A DNA stretch of 64,000 bases from Candidatus Aenigmatarchaeota archaeon (GTDB taxonomy: Archaea; Aenigmatarchaeota; Aenigmatarchaeia; JACPZZ01): the NCBI GenBank assembly GCA_016180965.1, contig JACPAF010000002.1:1278-65277 (forward strand), given 5' to 3'. Positions within the stretch are counted from its first letter, which is position 1, and every line of letters starts with the position of its first letter. Below, piece by piece: positions 34,152 through 42,259 of this stretch. Under the pieces are notes generated by a model. That model saw only the letters and a list, made by a program, of their open reading frames with translations. It was not told the origin of the DNA and ran no database searches. The translations under genes were made by a program, and so were the position numbers.

Positions 34152-34985
34152 ATGTTTGAAATTATGAGGACCGTTTTATTGTTAAGCATCTTAACAGGCC
34201 TGTTTTTAGGGGCCGGTTATTATCTCGGAGGCAGCGGAGGCGCTACTATTGCTTTGATCCTTTCATTGGCTATGAATTTTTTTGCTTATTGGTATTCCGA
34301 CAAGATCGTATTGAAAATGTACAATGCGAAGGAAATCAGCAAATCCCAAGATCCGAAGATACATAAAATGGTTGAAGAAATAGCCGAAGAAGCGAAGATA
34401 CCTAAACCAAAAATTTATTTGGTCGAACAAAAATCGCCGAATGCATTTGCAACCGGACGCGACCCGAAAAACAGTGCGCTTGCCGTTACGTCAGGATTGA
34501 CGGATATCTTAGACGAGAATGAACTAAAAGGAGTCTTGGCCCATGAGATAAGCCATATTAAAAACCGTGACACTTTGATATCCACTCTTGCCGCAACGTT
34601 CGCCGGAGCATTGGCGTTTATGGCGCAGACCGCCTATTATGGCGCGCTTTTCGGCAATCGGGACAGGGAACGCAACCCAATTGGATTAATTTTTATGGTG
34701 ATTTTTGTTCCCCTGGCTGCGACCATAGTACGGTTGGCAGTATCCCGCGGCAGGGAGTTTGCAGCAGACCGTACCGGCGCAATTTTGATTAACGATTCCG
34801 ACGGTTTGGCAAGCGCTTTAAGAAAGATATCTGAGGCTTCTAAACGTGTCCGTTTGGAGGGCAATGCGGCGACATCTCACATGTTTATAATAAATCCATT
34901 CAGCGGCGATTTTATGATTAATTTGCTGTCAACGCATCCCAGCACCGAGGCCAGGATAAGAAACCTGAAATCCCTGAAATTCTGA
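34152..34985 (+). CDS. htpX: zinc metalloprotease HtpX (M48)
   Basis: N-terminal TM helices, HEISHIKNRD zinc motif, and downstream EFAADR. Confidence 0.85.
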   Translation: MFEIMRTVLLLSILTGLFLGAGYYLGGSGGATIALILSLAMNFFAYWYSDKIVLKMYNAKEISKSQDPKIHKMVEEIAEEAKIPKPKIYLVEQKSPNAFATGRDPKNSALAVTSGLTDILDENELKGVLAHEISHIKNRDTLISTLAATFAGALAFMAQTAYYGALFGNRDRERNPIGLIFMVIFVPLAATIVRLAVSRGREFAADRTGAILINDSDGLASALRKISEASKRVRLEGNAATSHMFIINPFSGDFMINLLSTHPSTEARIRNLKSLKF

Positions 34986-35040
34986 GTGTTAGTGAAGACG
35001 CTTATATACTTACCAGCAAATAAATCGTTAGTGACGTCCA

Positions 35041-35217
35041 ATGGCAAAGAAGAAATTCCCTGAACTTGAACAAAGGCTTTTTAAGAATGTCTATGTCTGC
35101 ATGCGTTGCAATTCCAAGATGAAGACCAGCTTGAAGAAGATAGAGGCCGGCAAAGTAAAGTGCCGAAGGTGCGGTTACGCTTTTTTGAGATTGAAGAACA
35201 AGGACATAAAGGTGTAA
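35041..35217 (+). CDS. rpl40e: 50S ribosomal protein L40e
   Basis: A 58-aa ORF below the track cutoff: MAKKKFPELEQRLFKNVYVCMRCNSKMKTSLKKIEAGKVKCRRCGYAFLRLKNKDIKV. It shows the C-x2-C...C-x2-C pattern of eL40. Confidence 0.75.
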   Translation: MAKKKFPELEQRLFKNVYVCMRCNSKMKTSLKKIEAGKVKCRRCGYAFLRLKNKDIKV

Positions 35218-35224
35218 ATTTTAA

Positions 35225-36070
35225 ATGCCACGTCCGGATTTTTTGAGGCCGTTAAATTTCTTTTTTTTTGCCATTTTGGCAGCAAGCGGTTACTTGGTCT
35301 CTTCAGGGGAGTTGAAAATAACAGGCGTGCTGGCAAAAATCGTCTTGTCAATGCTTTTTTTGACCATTTCAGCCAATATTTTCAATGAATTTTCAACCGG
35401 CAAGATACATGGCGTAATGAAAATTTTCCATTTCAGGTTCAAAAAACGCGAATTGAACCATTCGGTTATAGCCTCGTTGATCCTGTTTTTTTCGGGTTTC
35501 CTGGCGTCTTACAGTATCAGCTTGAATACAAGCTTTTTTTACATTTCGGCCGCAGTCTTGTTGGTCGCTTATTTGTCATATTTTAAAAATGTGAGATTCA
35601 TGCGGAGCATCGTAATAGGCGCGGCCTCGTCTGTGGCCATTATTATGGGCTCGGGAGCTTACGGATACTCGCAAACCGCGTATCTGATGGCAATCTTATT
35701 GTTTTTTTCCAATGCGGCAGGCGATATGATAAAAAGCATAACAGATGAGACCAAGGACCGCGCAACATTTTTGGTGAATTTTTTGAAACATTTTTCTTCC
35801 TATGTCAAATTCGACGCGAACAGGACCAGAAAAGCGTCAGTTGCGTCGTTAGTTGTTTTTATTATACTTAGCCCGATGCCCTACGTTTTCGGGTTAGTGT
35901 CCATAAAATACCTGATTATCATTACCATAAGTTCGCTTATCGCATTTGCAGCGCTTTTTAGTATTATTAAAGAAGGTAAAAATACGGCTTTATTGGCTAA
36001 GGCGGATGAATTAATAAAGATAAATATGCTGGTATCGATTATAGCATTTTTAGCGGGTTCGTTTTTATGA
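35225..36070 (+). CDS. polytopic membrane protein, UbiA-prenyltransferase-like with degenerate first Asp-rich motif
   Basis: 8-9 hydrophobic helices and an LRPLNFFFF start. The second motif is DMIKSITDETKD. The position of the first N/DxxxD motif reads NEFSTGK. Confidence 0.35.
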   Translation: MPRPDFLRPLNFFFFAILAASGYLVSSGELKITGVLAKIVLSMLFLTISANIFNEFSTGKIHGVMKIFHFRFKKRELNHSVIASLILFFSGFLASYSISLNTSFFYISAAVLLVAYLSYFKNVRFMRSIVIGAASSVAIIMGSGAYGYSQTAYLMAILLFFSNAAGDMIKSITDETKDRATFLVNFLKHFSSYVKFDANRTRKASVASLVVFIILSPMPYVFGLVSIKYLIIITISSLIAFAALFSIIKEGKNTALLAKADELIKINMLVSIIAFLAGSFL

Positions 36071-36336
36071 GCAACGTTCGTTATTTGACATCACGGGAAT
36101 TGCAAAACGATCAGGGTAAAGTTACGGGAATGATAAAAGTTTTGGTCCCGAAGGACAGCAATGACGCGAAAGTGAAATATGTCTGCCCGATGTGTTTGAA
36201 AGGCGAAGACACCACAGCGGAATGGAAAAAGCCTTTTGCGGTTGAATGTAAATTCTGCGGGCATAAAATGAAACTATCGAAACTTCTTGCCCAATTCAAA
36301 AAAGATAAGAAAGCTGCATTGGCTAAAGGCGGCTAG
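36067..36336 (+). CDS. small zinc-ribbon protein
   Basis: CPMC...CKFCGH four-Cys ribbon and a basic tail. ATGA overlap with the upstream gene. Confidence 0.45.
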   Translation: MSNVRYLTSRELQNDQGKVTGMIKVLVPKDSNDAKVKYVCPMCLKGEDTTAEWKKPFAVECKFCGHKMKLSKLLAQFKKDKKAALAKGG

Positions 36337-37619
36337 GCTCGAAGAGCTTTGGCTGCTATATCAGTCCTATACAACATGCCGTCAAAATATATCCCGTTGT
36401 TTTCTTTTCCTATTGCTGAGTATGCTGCAGTTCTTGCTTCTTTTATGGTATTTCCCAGTGCGGTTATGCTAACAACGCGTCCGCCTGATGTAACTATTCT
36501 TCCGTCCGGCAATTTCATTGTTCCGGCGTGAGATATTATTACACCGTTCCTATCCAGCCCTAAAATTTCCCTGTTCAAATGTTTTTTGTATTCGTCCGAT
36601 GGATAGCCTTGTGACGCTAACACAACAGTAACAGCGGATTGCGGGGACCATTTCGGTTTGATGCGGTTCAGTTTACCTTCGTTTATGGCGTAACCTATGT
36701 CTAACAAACTGGATTGCAAAAGCGCCATCGCCGGCTGCGTTTCGGGATCGCCTCCCCGGCAGTTGTATTCCAATAGGTACGGTTCGCCTTTTCTTATCAT
36801 GATGCCGAAATACAAAATTCCTTTGTATTGTATCCCGTCTTGCTGCAAGCCACGCAGAGTGGGCATGACGATGCCGCTCATTATTTTGTTTTCTATTTCA
36901 TCAGTGATTATCGGCGCGCGGGCGTAAGCGCCCATTCCTCCCGTGTTCGGGCCTGTATCGTTGTCGAATATTTGTTTGTGGTCTTGGGTGTACGGCAAGG
37001 GCAAAAATGTTTTGCCGTCGGTGAACCCGATGAATGAGGCTTCTTCGCCTTCGATGAATTCTTGCATCACTACCCTGTTTCCCCAGCGATTTTTTACCAT
37101 TATTTCATCAACAGCGTTTTCCAATTCTTTGCGGTTCCGATAAATTATTACGCCTTTACCTGCTGCTAAACCGTCGGCTTTGGCCACACCAACTCCGTAT
37201 GTGCGTAGCATTTGATCGCCCACGCTTAGCGCCTGTTTAACCGTGTCTGTGGCGATTGACCGCGGGTGCGGTATATCATAGCGTTCCATGAATTCGTTTG
37301 AAAAAACTTTGCTTCCTTCAAGCTGTGCCGCGGTTTGATTAGGTCCGACTATGGGCAGCCCATATTCTTGGAATGAATCAACAATACCTAAAACCAGAGG
37401 CTTTTCCGGCCCGACAAATGTTAAATCTATTTTATTGCGTCGCGCAAACTCCGTCAATCCTAGAATGTTATCGGGTTGTATCGGAACATTTTGAGCTATT
37501 TGTGCGGTTCCTGCGTTTCCGTTTGCCACAAAGAGTTCATCGTCGCCGTATAATTCCTTTTTCAGTTTCCACGCAAACGCATGTTCGCGTCCGCCGCTGC
37601 CGACAACGAGGACTTTCAT
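36333..37619 (-). CDS. purD: phosphoribosylamine--glycine ligase
   Basis: MKVLVVGSGGREHAFAWKL, ATP-grasp motifs, GGRVVSITALG. Confidence 0.9.
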   Translation of the reverse strand: MKVLVVGSGGREHAFAWKLKKELYGDDELFVANGNAGTAQIAQNVPIQPDNILGLTEFARRNKIDLTFVGPEKPLVLGIVDSFQEYGLPIVGPNQTAAQLEGSKVFSNEFMERYDIPHPRSIATDTVKQALSVGDQMLRTYGVGVAKADGLAAGKGVIIYRNRKELENAVDEIMVKNRWGNRVVMQEFIEGEEASFIGFTDGKTFLPLPYTQDHKQIFDNDTGPNTGGMGAYARAPIITDEIENKIMSGIVMPTLRGLQQDGIQYKGILYFGIMIRKGEPYLLEYNCRGGDPETQPAMALLQSSLLDIGYAINEGKLNRIKPKWSPQSAVTVVLASQGYPSDEYKKHLNREILGLDRNGVIISHAGTMKLPDGRIVTSGGRVVSITALGNTIKEARTAAYSAIGKENNGIYFDGMLYRTDIAAKALRA

Positions 37620-37708
37620 ATGGTTTATTCCAATGTTATAGGATTTAAGAGTTGTTTATCGGAACTCTATTAAGCGTTTTCTATAAAAAGAAATTTCTAG
37701 AGTAGTTT

Positions 37709-38323
37709 TTGATGAACAACGAATTAGCAGAACTTGTTGGAGCGTTCATTGGTGACGGTTTCATAGGAAAATACGATGGCCATTACCATGTGGAATTTGC
37801 TGGTAATCCTAGGTTGGATGATGACTATTTTCGATATTTGTTTGAAATAATCAAAGCTCATTTCAAAGTAAATCCTAGACTGAAAGTCCACGAAAGAGCC
37901 TTGAGATTAATAATAACGTACAAAGAGTTGTATGAATTCTTTAAAAACCTAGGTTTTAATGACGGGGTAAAAAATGGCACGGTGTTTATACCCGAAAATT
38001 TGTACCGATCTAAATTAGTAAAATTTGTTATTGTCGGGATGTTCGATACCGATGGTTATTTGTATATAGATAGAAGATCTGTTTACAAGGAGCCGTATGC
38101 TAGAATAGGTTATACCACCAAAAGCTAGAGATTGTATGAGCAATTGGTAAAGTTGTTTTTTAACAGAGGTTACAGCCTTTATACAAGGGTGGATAAGCGT
38201 TCGGGATCATATAACTTAGAAATGTATGGAAACAGACAGATATCTAGATGGCTTAAAGAGTTTGGGTTTTCAAATAAAAGAAAGAAAAATTATGCCTCAG
38301 TAGCTCAGTTGGTAGAGCGTTAA
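37709..38323 (+). pseudogene. LAGLIDADG homing endonuclease interrupted by one in-frame TAG
   Basis: Two LAGLIDADG motifs: LAELVGAFIGDGF and FVIVGMFDTDGYL. ORFs 37709-38128 and 38132-38323 are in the same frame, separated only by a TAG at 38126-38128. The C-terminal part (LVKLFFNRGYSLY...ISRWLKEFGF) is typical of the family. The last 30 nt run into tRNA-Thr. Confidence 0.7.
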
Positions 38324-38396
38324 CGAATTTCCAAGCGAAGTTTGTCGCTAAACCTTGGTAAGGTAAAGGTCGTGAGTTCAATTCTCGCCTGAGGCT
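38294..38396 (+). tRNA. tRNA-Thr(GGU) with a 30-nt non-canonical intron in the anticodon stem (about position 29/30)
   Basis: Hand fold. Acceptor GCCTCAG/CTGAGGC; D arm GCTC-AGTTGGTA-GAGC; T arm GTGAG-TTCAATT-CTCGC. Removing 38323-38352 gives anticodon stem TTACC/GGTAA and loop TTGGTAA. A canonical 37/38 intron gives no U33 and a mismatched stem. Confidence 0.75.
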
Positions 38397-38484
38397 ATCC
38401 AGAATAATCGGATTTTTGTATTAGATAACAGACCTTTCCGAGGTTTTTCATCAATTTATATCTCTATCTTTTTGGTACTGAAGG

Positions 38485-39249
38485 ATGGAATTAACTCTGG
38501 ATATAGGATGTGCTGACGGCGTAAGACTATTAGATGATGCAATAAGAAATCCGAGTCAGTTGTATATAGGTTGCGATATAAAGTTGGGCGCAGTCGCCGA
38601 TTCGCCGAAAGGCTTTTATGATGTAATCAAGCAGAAAGTGATCAATCTATTAGAAATCAGGCTGGGAAGTAAAACTCGACCTTTGGACGGTTTAGTGGAC
38701 GAAGGTCTTAGTAGGTATCTATCTAGTATAGAGTATGAAATTAGGCGCAGAGAAAATAAATTGAGGGCAGGGAAAATAAATTATGATGAGGTTTTGGCAG
38801 AAACTTTACGTAGAATGGACGAACACCCGACGGGTAGGGTAGTATCCAACTTCAGATTGGATCGTATTATGGGCCCGAATAATTATTTTTATCATTTTTA
38901 CAATGATACCTCTCCAGAGCTATCTGATATGAGTTTAAACGATTTTCTTAAATCTGACCCACCTAGCTCGTTTTCAAACCATTATCGTCAATACACGGAT
39001 CGCATAGAGGTTGTCTTAGGGGATGCCTTTCAACTGCCTTTCAGAGCTGGCAGCTTTGATCATGTAACTATCGTTCATTTTAGTCATCAGACAGATGACG
39101 ATGCCAGAGATAAGGCACAATTTGAAGGACTTGAATCGGAAGCAATAAGGGTTACAAAAACGGGTGGGGATATCATAATCTATCCTGTGCCTGATTTTCT
39201 GAAGGGCGAATATCAAGAAAATGCCATGAGAATTGAAATTTCAAGTTAG
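38485..39249 (+). CDS. SAM-dependent methyltransferase-like protein with insertion
   Basis: Motif I-like LDIGCADG and, far downstream, VVLGDAFQLPFRAGSFDHV (Methyltransf_11-like). About 130 aa are inserted between them. Confidence 0.4.
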   Translation: MELTLDIGCADGVRLLDDAIRNPSQLYIGCDIKLGAVADSPKGFYDVIKQKVINLLEIRLGSKTRPLDGLVDEGLSRYLSSIEYEIRRRENKLRAGKINYDEVLAETLRRMDEHPTGRVVSNFRLDRIMGPNNYFYHFYNDTSPELSDMSLNDFLKSDPPSSFSNHYRQYTDRIEVVLGDAFQLPFRAGSFDHVTIVHFSHQTDDDARDKAQFEGLESEAIRVTKTGGDIIIYPVPDFLKGEYQENAMRIEISS

Positions 39250-39561
39250 CAAATCGAACTAGTTCTAGTATCTTAAAATAATTAATGTTTCGCCAGCTCT
39301 CTAAGTAGCTCTATGTCTTCTTTGATAACCTTTTGAGCCTGTTTTCGTCACTTTTTAATTTCTTCAATTGTCATGTTTATGGACATTTAATTCTGTAGCT
39401 GAAACTATGTCTTTATGTATGTCTATTAAGATACTGACAACCAGTTTGACATCTTCTTTCGTAACTGTCATTTAACTTATCAAAAAATAATTGGTCCGTC
39501 TTACTCATAAACCAGATTTGACCCGTACAAAATTAACCGGTTGTGCGAAGTTCACGTGGGG

Positions 39562-40080
39562 CTAATTCATCAAAACTATCGAAAGGTTTAATATTGCCGC
39601 GAATGACACCCATGCCAGATACGGGATTAAAAGATTTCCGGCTGTTTTTGAAATTTCATTGAATTTTTTAATGGTTACGAAAATAGCCGTCCATAATATG
39701 ATTATTTCCACCAAAGCCAGAAAAGGGTTTTTCCCGCCGAAAAATATTATTGACCATAGAACGTTCAATATCAACTGAAGGCTGAATGTTTTGATGGCGT
39801 TTTTTATTTTCTTGTTTTTCCAGCCTTTTGAAAACACTAAACACGCTGATATCCCCATCAAAGCGTAGAGCGCAACCCACACCGGTCCGAAAACCCAGTT
39901 CGGCGGGCTGAAGGATGGTTTGTTCAATTCGGCGTACCATGTCCCAGTGGCAGGTATAGTGAATATTGAGCCTATGAGGCCTGCCATTTCGCATAGCAGG
40001 ATGAAAATTGCCAGGTTGAATGGGTTAATTTTTTCTTTCATTGATATAATTTTTGAATTTTGCTGCTGATAACTTTTCAT
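39562..40080 (-). CDS. tspO: TspO/MBR tryptophan-rich sensory protein
   Basis: KPSFSPPNWVFGPVWVALYALMGIS, LNVLWSIIFF, YLAWVSFA. The real start may be the Met at 40041. Confidence 0.8.
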   Translation of the reverse strand: MKSYQQQNSKIISMKEKINPFNLAIFILLCEMAGLIGSIFTIPATGTWYAELNKPSFSPPNWVFGPVWVALYALMGISACLVFSKGWKNKKIKNAIKTFSLQLILNVLWSIIFFGGKNPFLALVEIIILWTAIFVTIKKFNEISKTAGNLLIPYLAWVSFAAILNLSIVLMN

Positions 40081-40120
40081 GCTACAAATTAATACGTATT
40101 AAAAGTATAGTATAGGCAGT

Positions 40121-40705
40121 ATGATTGAAGTTGAACAGCGTGCTTTGTTGCTGGATGATGAAAAAGAACTTCCTTTTGTAAGTGAAATCGATCTTGGTGG
40201 CGAGGATGCCGATTTTTCCTCAAATTTCAGGAACATTTACGAGGCGAAAGGTTCGGGTGGCGCGGGTGTAGCGGCTGACGACACGGAACAGGTCAAGAGA
40301 ATCAGACAAATTTACAAGGTCGATGGTGCTGATATAGAAGATGGTTCGGACGATGACGATGAAGAAGATGACCGGAAAGTAAAAGCTATCGCAAAGCCAA
40401 ATTATTCCGCAGCTCAAAGCGCAGAAAAACCTTCGGGCGACCTTAAACGGAGAACTGGCGTGCCGGAGTATTTATCCTCGGGTTCAAAAGACATGAGTCC
40501 CGTTTCGTTGACTAGAAATTCCGCTTACGTTTGCGTACCGGGCAGCAAGGGCGCGTGTGGCACATGCCCGGTTTACAGTTTAATGGCAAAGCCGGGTGTG
40601 GCGGAGCGGTTAGATAAAATCAGGGCGGACAACCAAATTGGCAACAGGTCTTATGTTATATCAGGTTCGAGGTTAACGCCGCAGTTCGGAGCCGGGGTGT
40701 TGTAA
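40121..40705 (+). CDS. hypothetical acidic protein
   Basis: 194-aa ORF with a poly-acidic tract (DGSDDDDEEDD) and a C-terminal CVPGSKGACGTCP cluster. No family recognised. Confidence 0.4.
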   Translation: MIEVEQRALLLDDEKELPFVSEIDLGGEDADFSSNFRNIYEAKGSGGAGVAADDTEQVKRIRQIYKVDGADIEDGSDDDDEEDDRKVKAIAKPNYSAAQSAEKPSGDLKRRTGVPEYLSSGSKDMSPVSLTRNSAYVCVPGSKGACGTCPVYSLMAKPGVAERLDKIRADNQIGNRSYVISGSRLTPQFGAGVL

Positions 40706-40750
40706 ATCCTCAAAATCGAAAATTTTAACTACCCCGACTAATAATATATT

Positions 40751-40909
40751 ATGGCAACGGTTTCTGAGGCTGTTCGTTACCTGCGCAGCAGGAGGCTTCT
40801 TTCTCAGATAACGCACTCGCAAGCTTCGATGAGATATGAGCTTGAAATTTCGAAGAAAAATGGGTCAGCGCCTATTTCGTTGCCTCAATGGATGTTTGAA
40901 GAAGAGTAA
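40751..40909 (+). CDS. small hypothetical protein (52 aa)
   Basis: ATG preceded by a TATA-like AATAATATATT. MATVSEAVRYLRSRRLLSQITHSQASMRYELEISKKNGSAPISLPQWMFEEE. Below the track cutoff, so coding status is unproven. Confidence 0.25.
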   Translation: MATVSEAVRYLRSRRLLSQITHSQASMRYELEISKKNGSAPISLPQWMFEEE

Positions 40910-40984
40910 TTATCTATTTTTAAGGTATGCTGACAAGTTCTTTAAACTAGCTGACACTCATCCCAGATGTGTGTTAATTTAGCA

Positions 40985-41012
40985 ACTGGACTCATACTAT
41001 GTATGAGTCAGT
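40985..41012 (+). repeat. bulged-base hairpin family member (copy upstream of tRNA-Pro)
   Basis: ACT-G-GACTCATAC TAT GTATGAGTC-AGT. About 27 of 33 nt are identical to H1 including the flanks, with a compensatory G-C to A-U change in the stem. It ends 8 nt before tRNA-Pro position 1. Confidence 0.8.
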
Positions 41013-41019
41013 CTGCAAC

Positions 41020-41094
41020 GGGGTCGTGATGTAATCTGGTTTAGCATAGGAGCTTTGGGAGCTTCATATGGGTGTTCAAATCACCCCGACCCCA
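41020..41094 (+). tRNA. tRNA-Pro(UGG), intron-less
   Basis: Hand fold. Acceptor GGGGTCG/CGACCCC; D arm ATGT-AATCTGGTTTA-GCAT; anticodon arm GGAGC-TTTGGGA-GCTTC; T arm GGGTG-TTCAAAT-CACCC; discriminator A. Confidence 0.85.
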
Positions 41095-41101
41095 TCAGAA
41101 T

Positions 41102-42082
41102 TTAATAGCATGTTACGCTGGTTTCGACAACGCCTGCCGCAGTTCCGATCCTTATTGAGTGTGCGCCTTCAGTTCCGGGATAATTCACCAATAGCGCTGA
41201 CTCTCCAGGATTTATGTTTATGTCGGCCTTGATTTTATTATGCACTTCGACCTCGTCTATGGTGCCTTTGAACAGATTTATTGGCGTACCGCCCTGATAA
41301 TCGGCAGCGATTGCGAATGGGGCGTCGTTCAAGCCGTTTCCAATTGTGACAGACGTTTCGGATTGAAAAATGCCGTTAAGATAAAGCCGGACTTTTAAAT
41401 TATTCTTGTCGAAAACCACGGTTCCATAATACCACTGGTTAGGCGACAATGCGGCGGACGACGGCGCGTTCTGGTACGACCAGCCGTATAATTTATTGTC
41501 TATGGAACCTTTGTTTATTGAGAGGCCCAATTCTAAAAAATTGTCGCTGAAAAGCATCTGGTATTGCGATGTTATCTCCGGTTTGAACCACAGCGATATC
41601 GTTATCGGCCCGTTGGCAGGGTTTGACCCTATGTCTAGGTTGTTGTTCATTCTCACATAATTCGTGCCGTCGAATCTTAGCGCTTTTCCCGATTTACCCG
41701 CTACCCATTGCGGATTGTTCACCAAAGTTCCGGTGTTTCCGTAAGTTGACGAGTCTGCCGTTGTTGAGCCGGATCCTTCGTCGAGTTTCCAGTTTCCTAC
41801 AAGCCCGGACGATATGTCGCCGAAGAATGGCGTGTTCAATATGTCATTGCCATCGATTTGGGCGACTATGATATCCTGGGCTGAAATCCTATCGTTTCCA
41901 TTGTTCAGGGCGTATACTTTTATTTCGCTGTTTGTGCAAAAGGCGCCTCCGGCCGGTATGATTAGATTTTTTCCCGTGGATGTCGATATGAAGCCGCTGA
42001 ACCACGCTGCCGAAACCCCCACAATGCCGACTGTTATCAGCATCAGCATGACCAATGCTATGACGGGAGTTATTGCTTTCAT
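41102..42082 (-). CDS. archaeal type IV pilin-like protein fused to a LamG domain, copy 2
   Basis: MKAITPVIALVMLMLITVGIVG N-terminus, identical over 22 aa to copy 1. LVGNWKLDEGSG...GKSGKALRFDG...LYLNG is a LamG pattern. Same length as copy 1 when both are started at MKAITPV. Confidence 0.65.
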   Translation of the reverse strand: MKAITPVIALVMLMLITVGIVGVSAAWFSGFISTSTGKNLIIPAGGAFCTNSEIKVYALNNGNDRISAQDIIVAQIDGNDILNTPFFGDISSGLVGNWKLDEGSGSTTADSSTYGNTGTLVNNPQWVAGKSGKALRFDGTNYVRMNNNLDIGSNPANGPITISLWFKPEITSQYQMLFSDNFLELGLSINKGSIDNKLYGWSYQNAPSSAALSPNQWYYGTVVFDKNNLKVRLYLNGIFQSETSVTIGNGLNDAPFAIAADYQGGTPINLFKGTIDEVEVHNKIKADININPGESALLVNYPGTEGAHSIRIGTAAGVVETSVTCY

Positions 42083-42259
42083 AAAAATCATTGGATCGCG
42101 GGTTTATTAAAAACGGCGATTTTGCAAATTAATCGCAAATTTACAGGATGATCGAATTTAAGCTCGACATAATAGGCGAATAGTTTTGCGAATGGGCCGT
42201 GACACAAATCAAATAAAAAACTTATATGGCCAAAAAACCAAGAAAATATAGGTATTTTT

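Noticed and set aside
38126-38128. The in-frame TAG in the LAGLIDADG gene as evidence for stop-codon reassignment or pyrrolysine.
   Set aside because: TAG is used as an ordinary terminator by other well-supported genes in the window, for example the 1876-aa ORF. No Pyl machinery is seen. A pseudogene or occasional read-through is more parsimonious.
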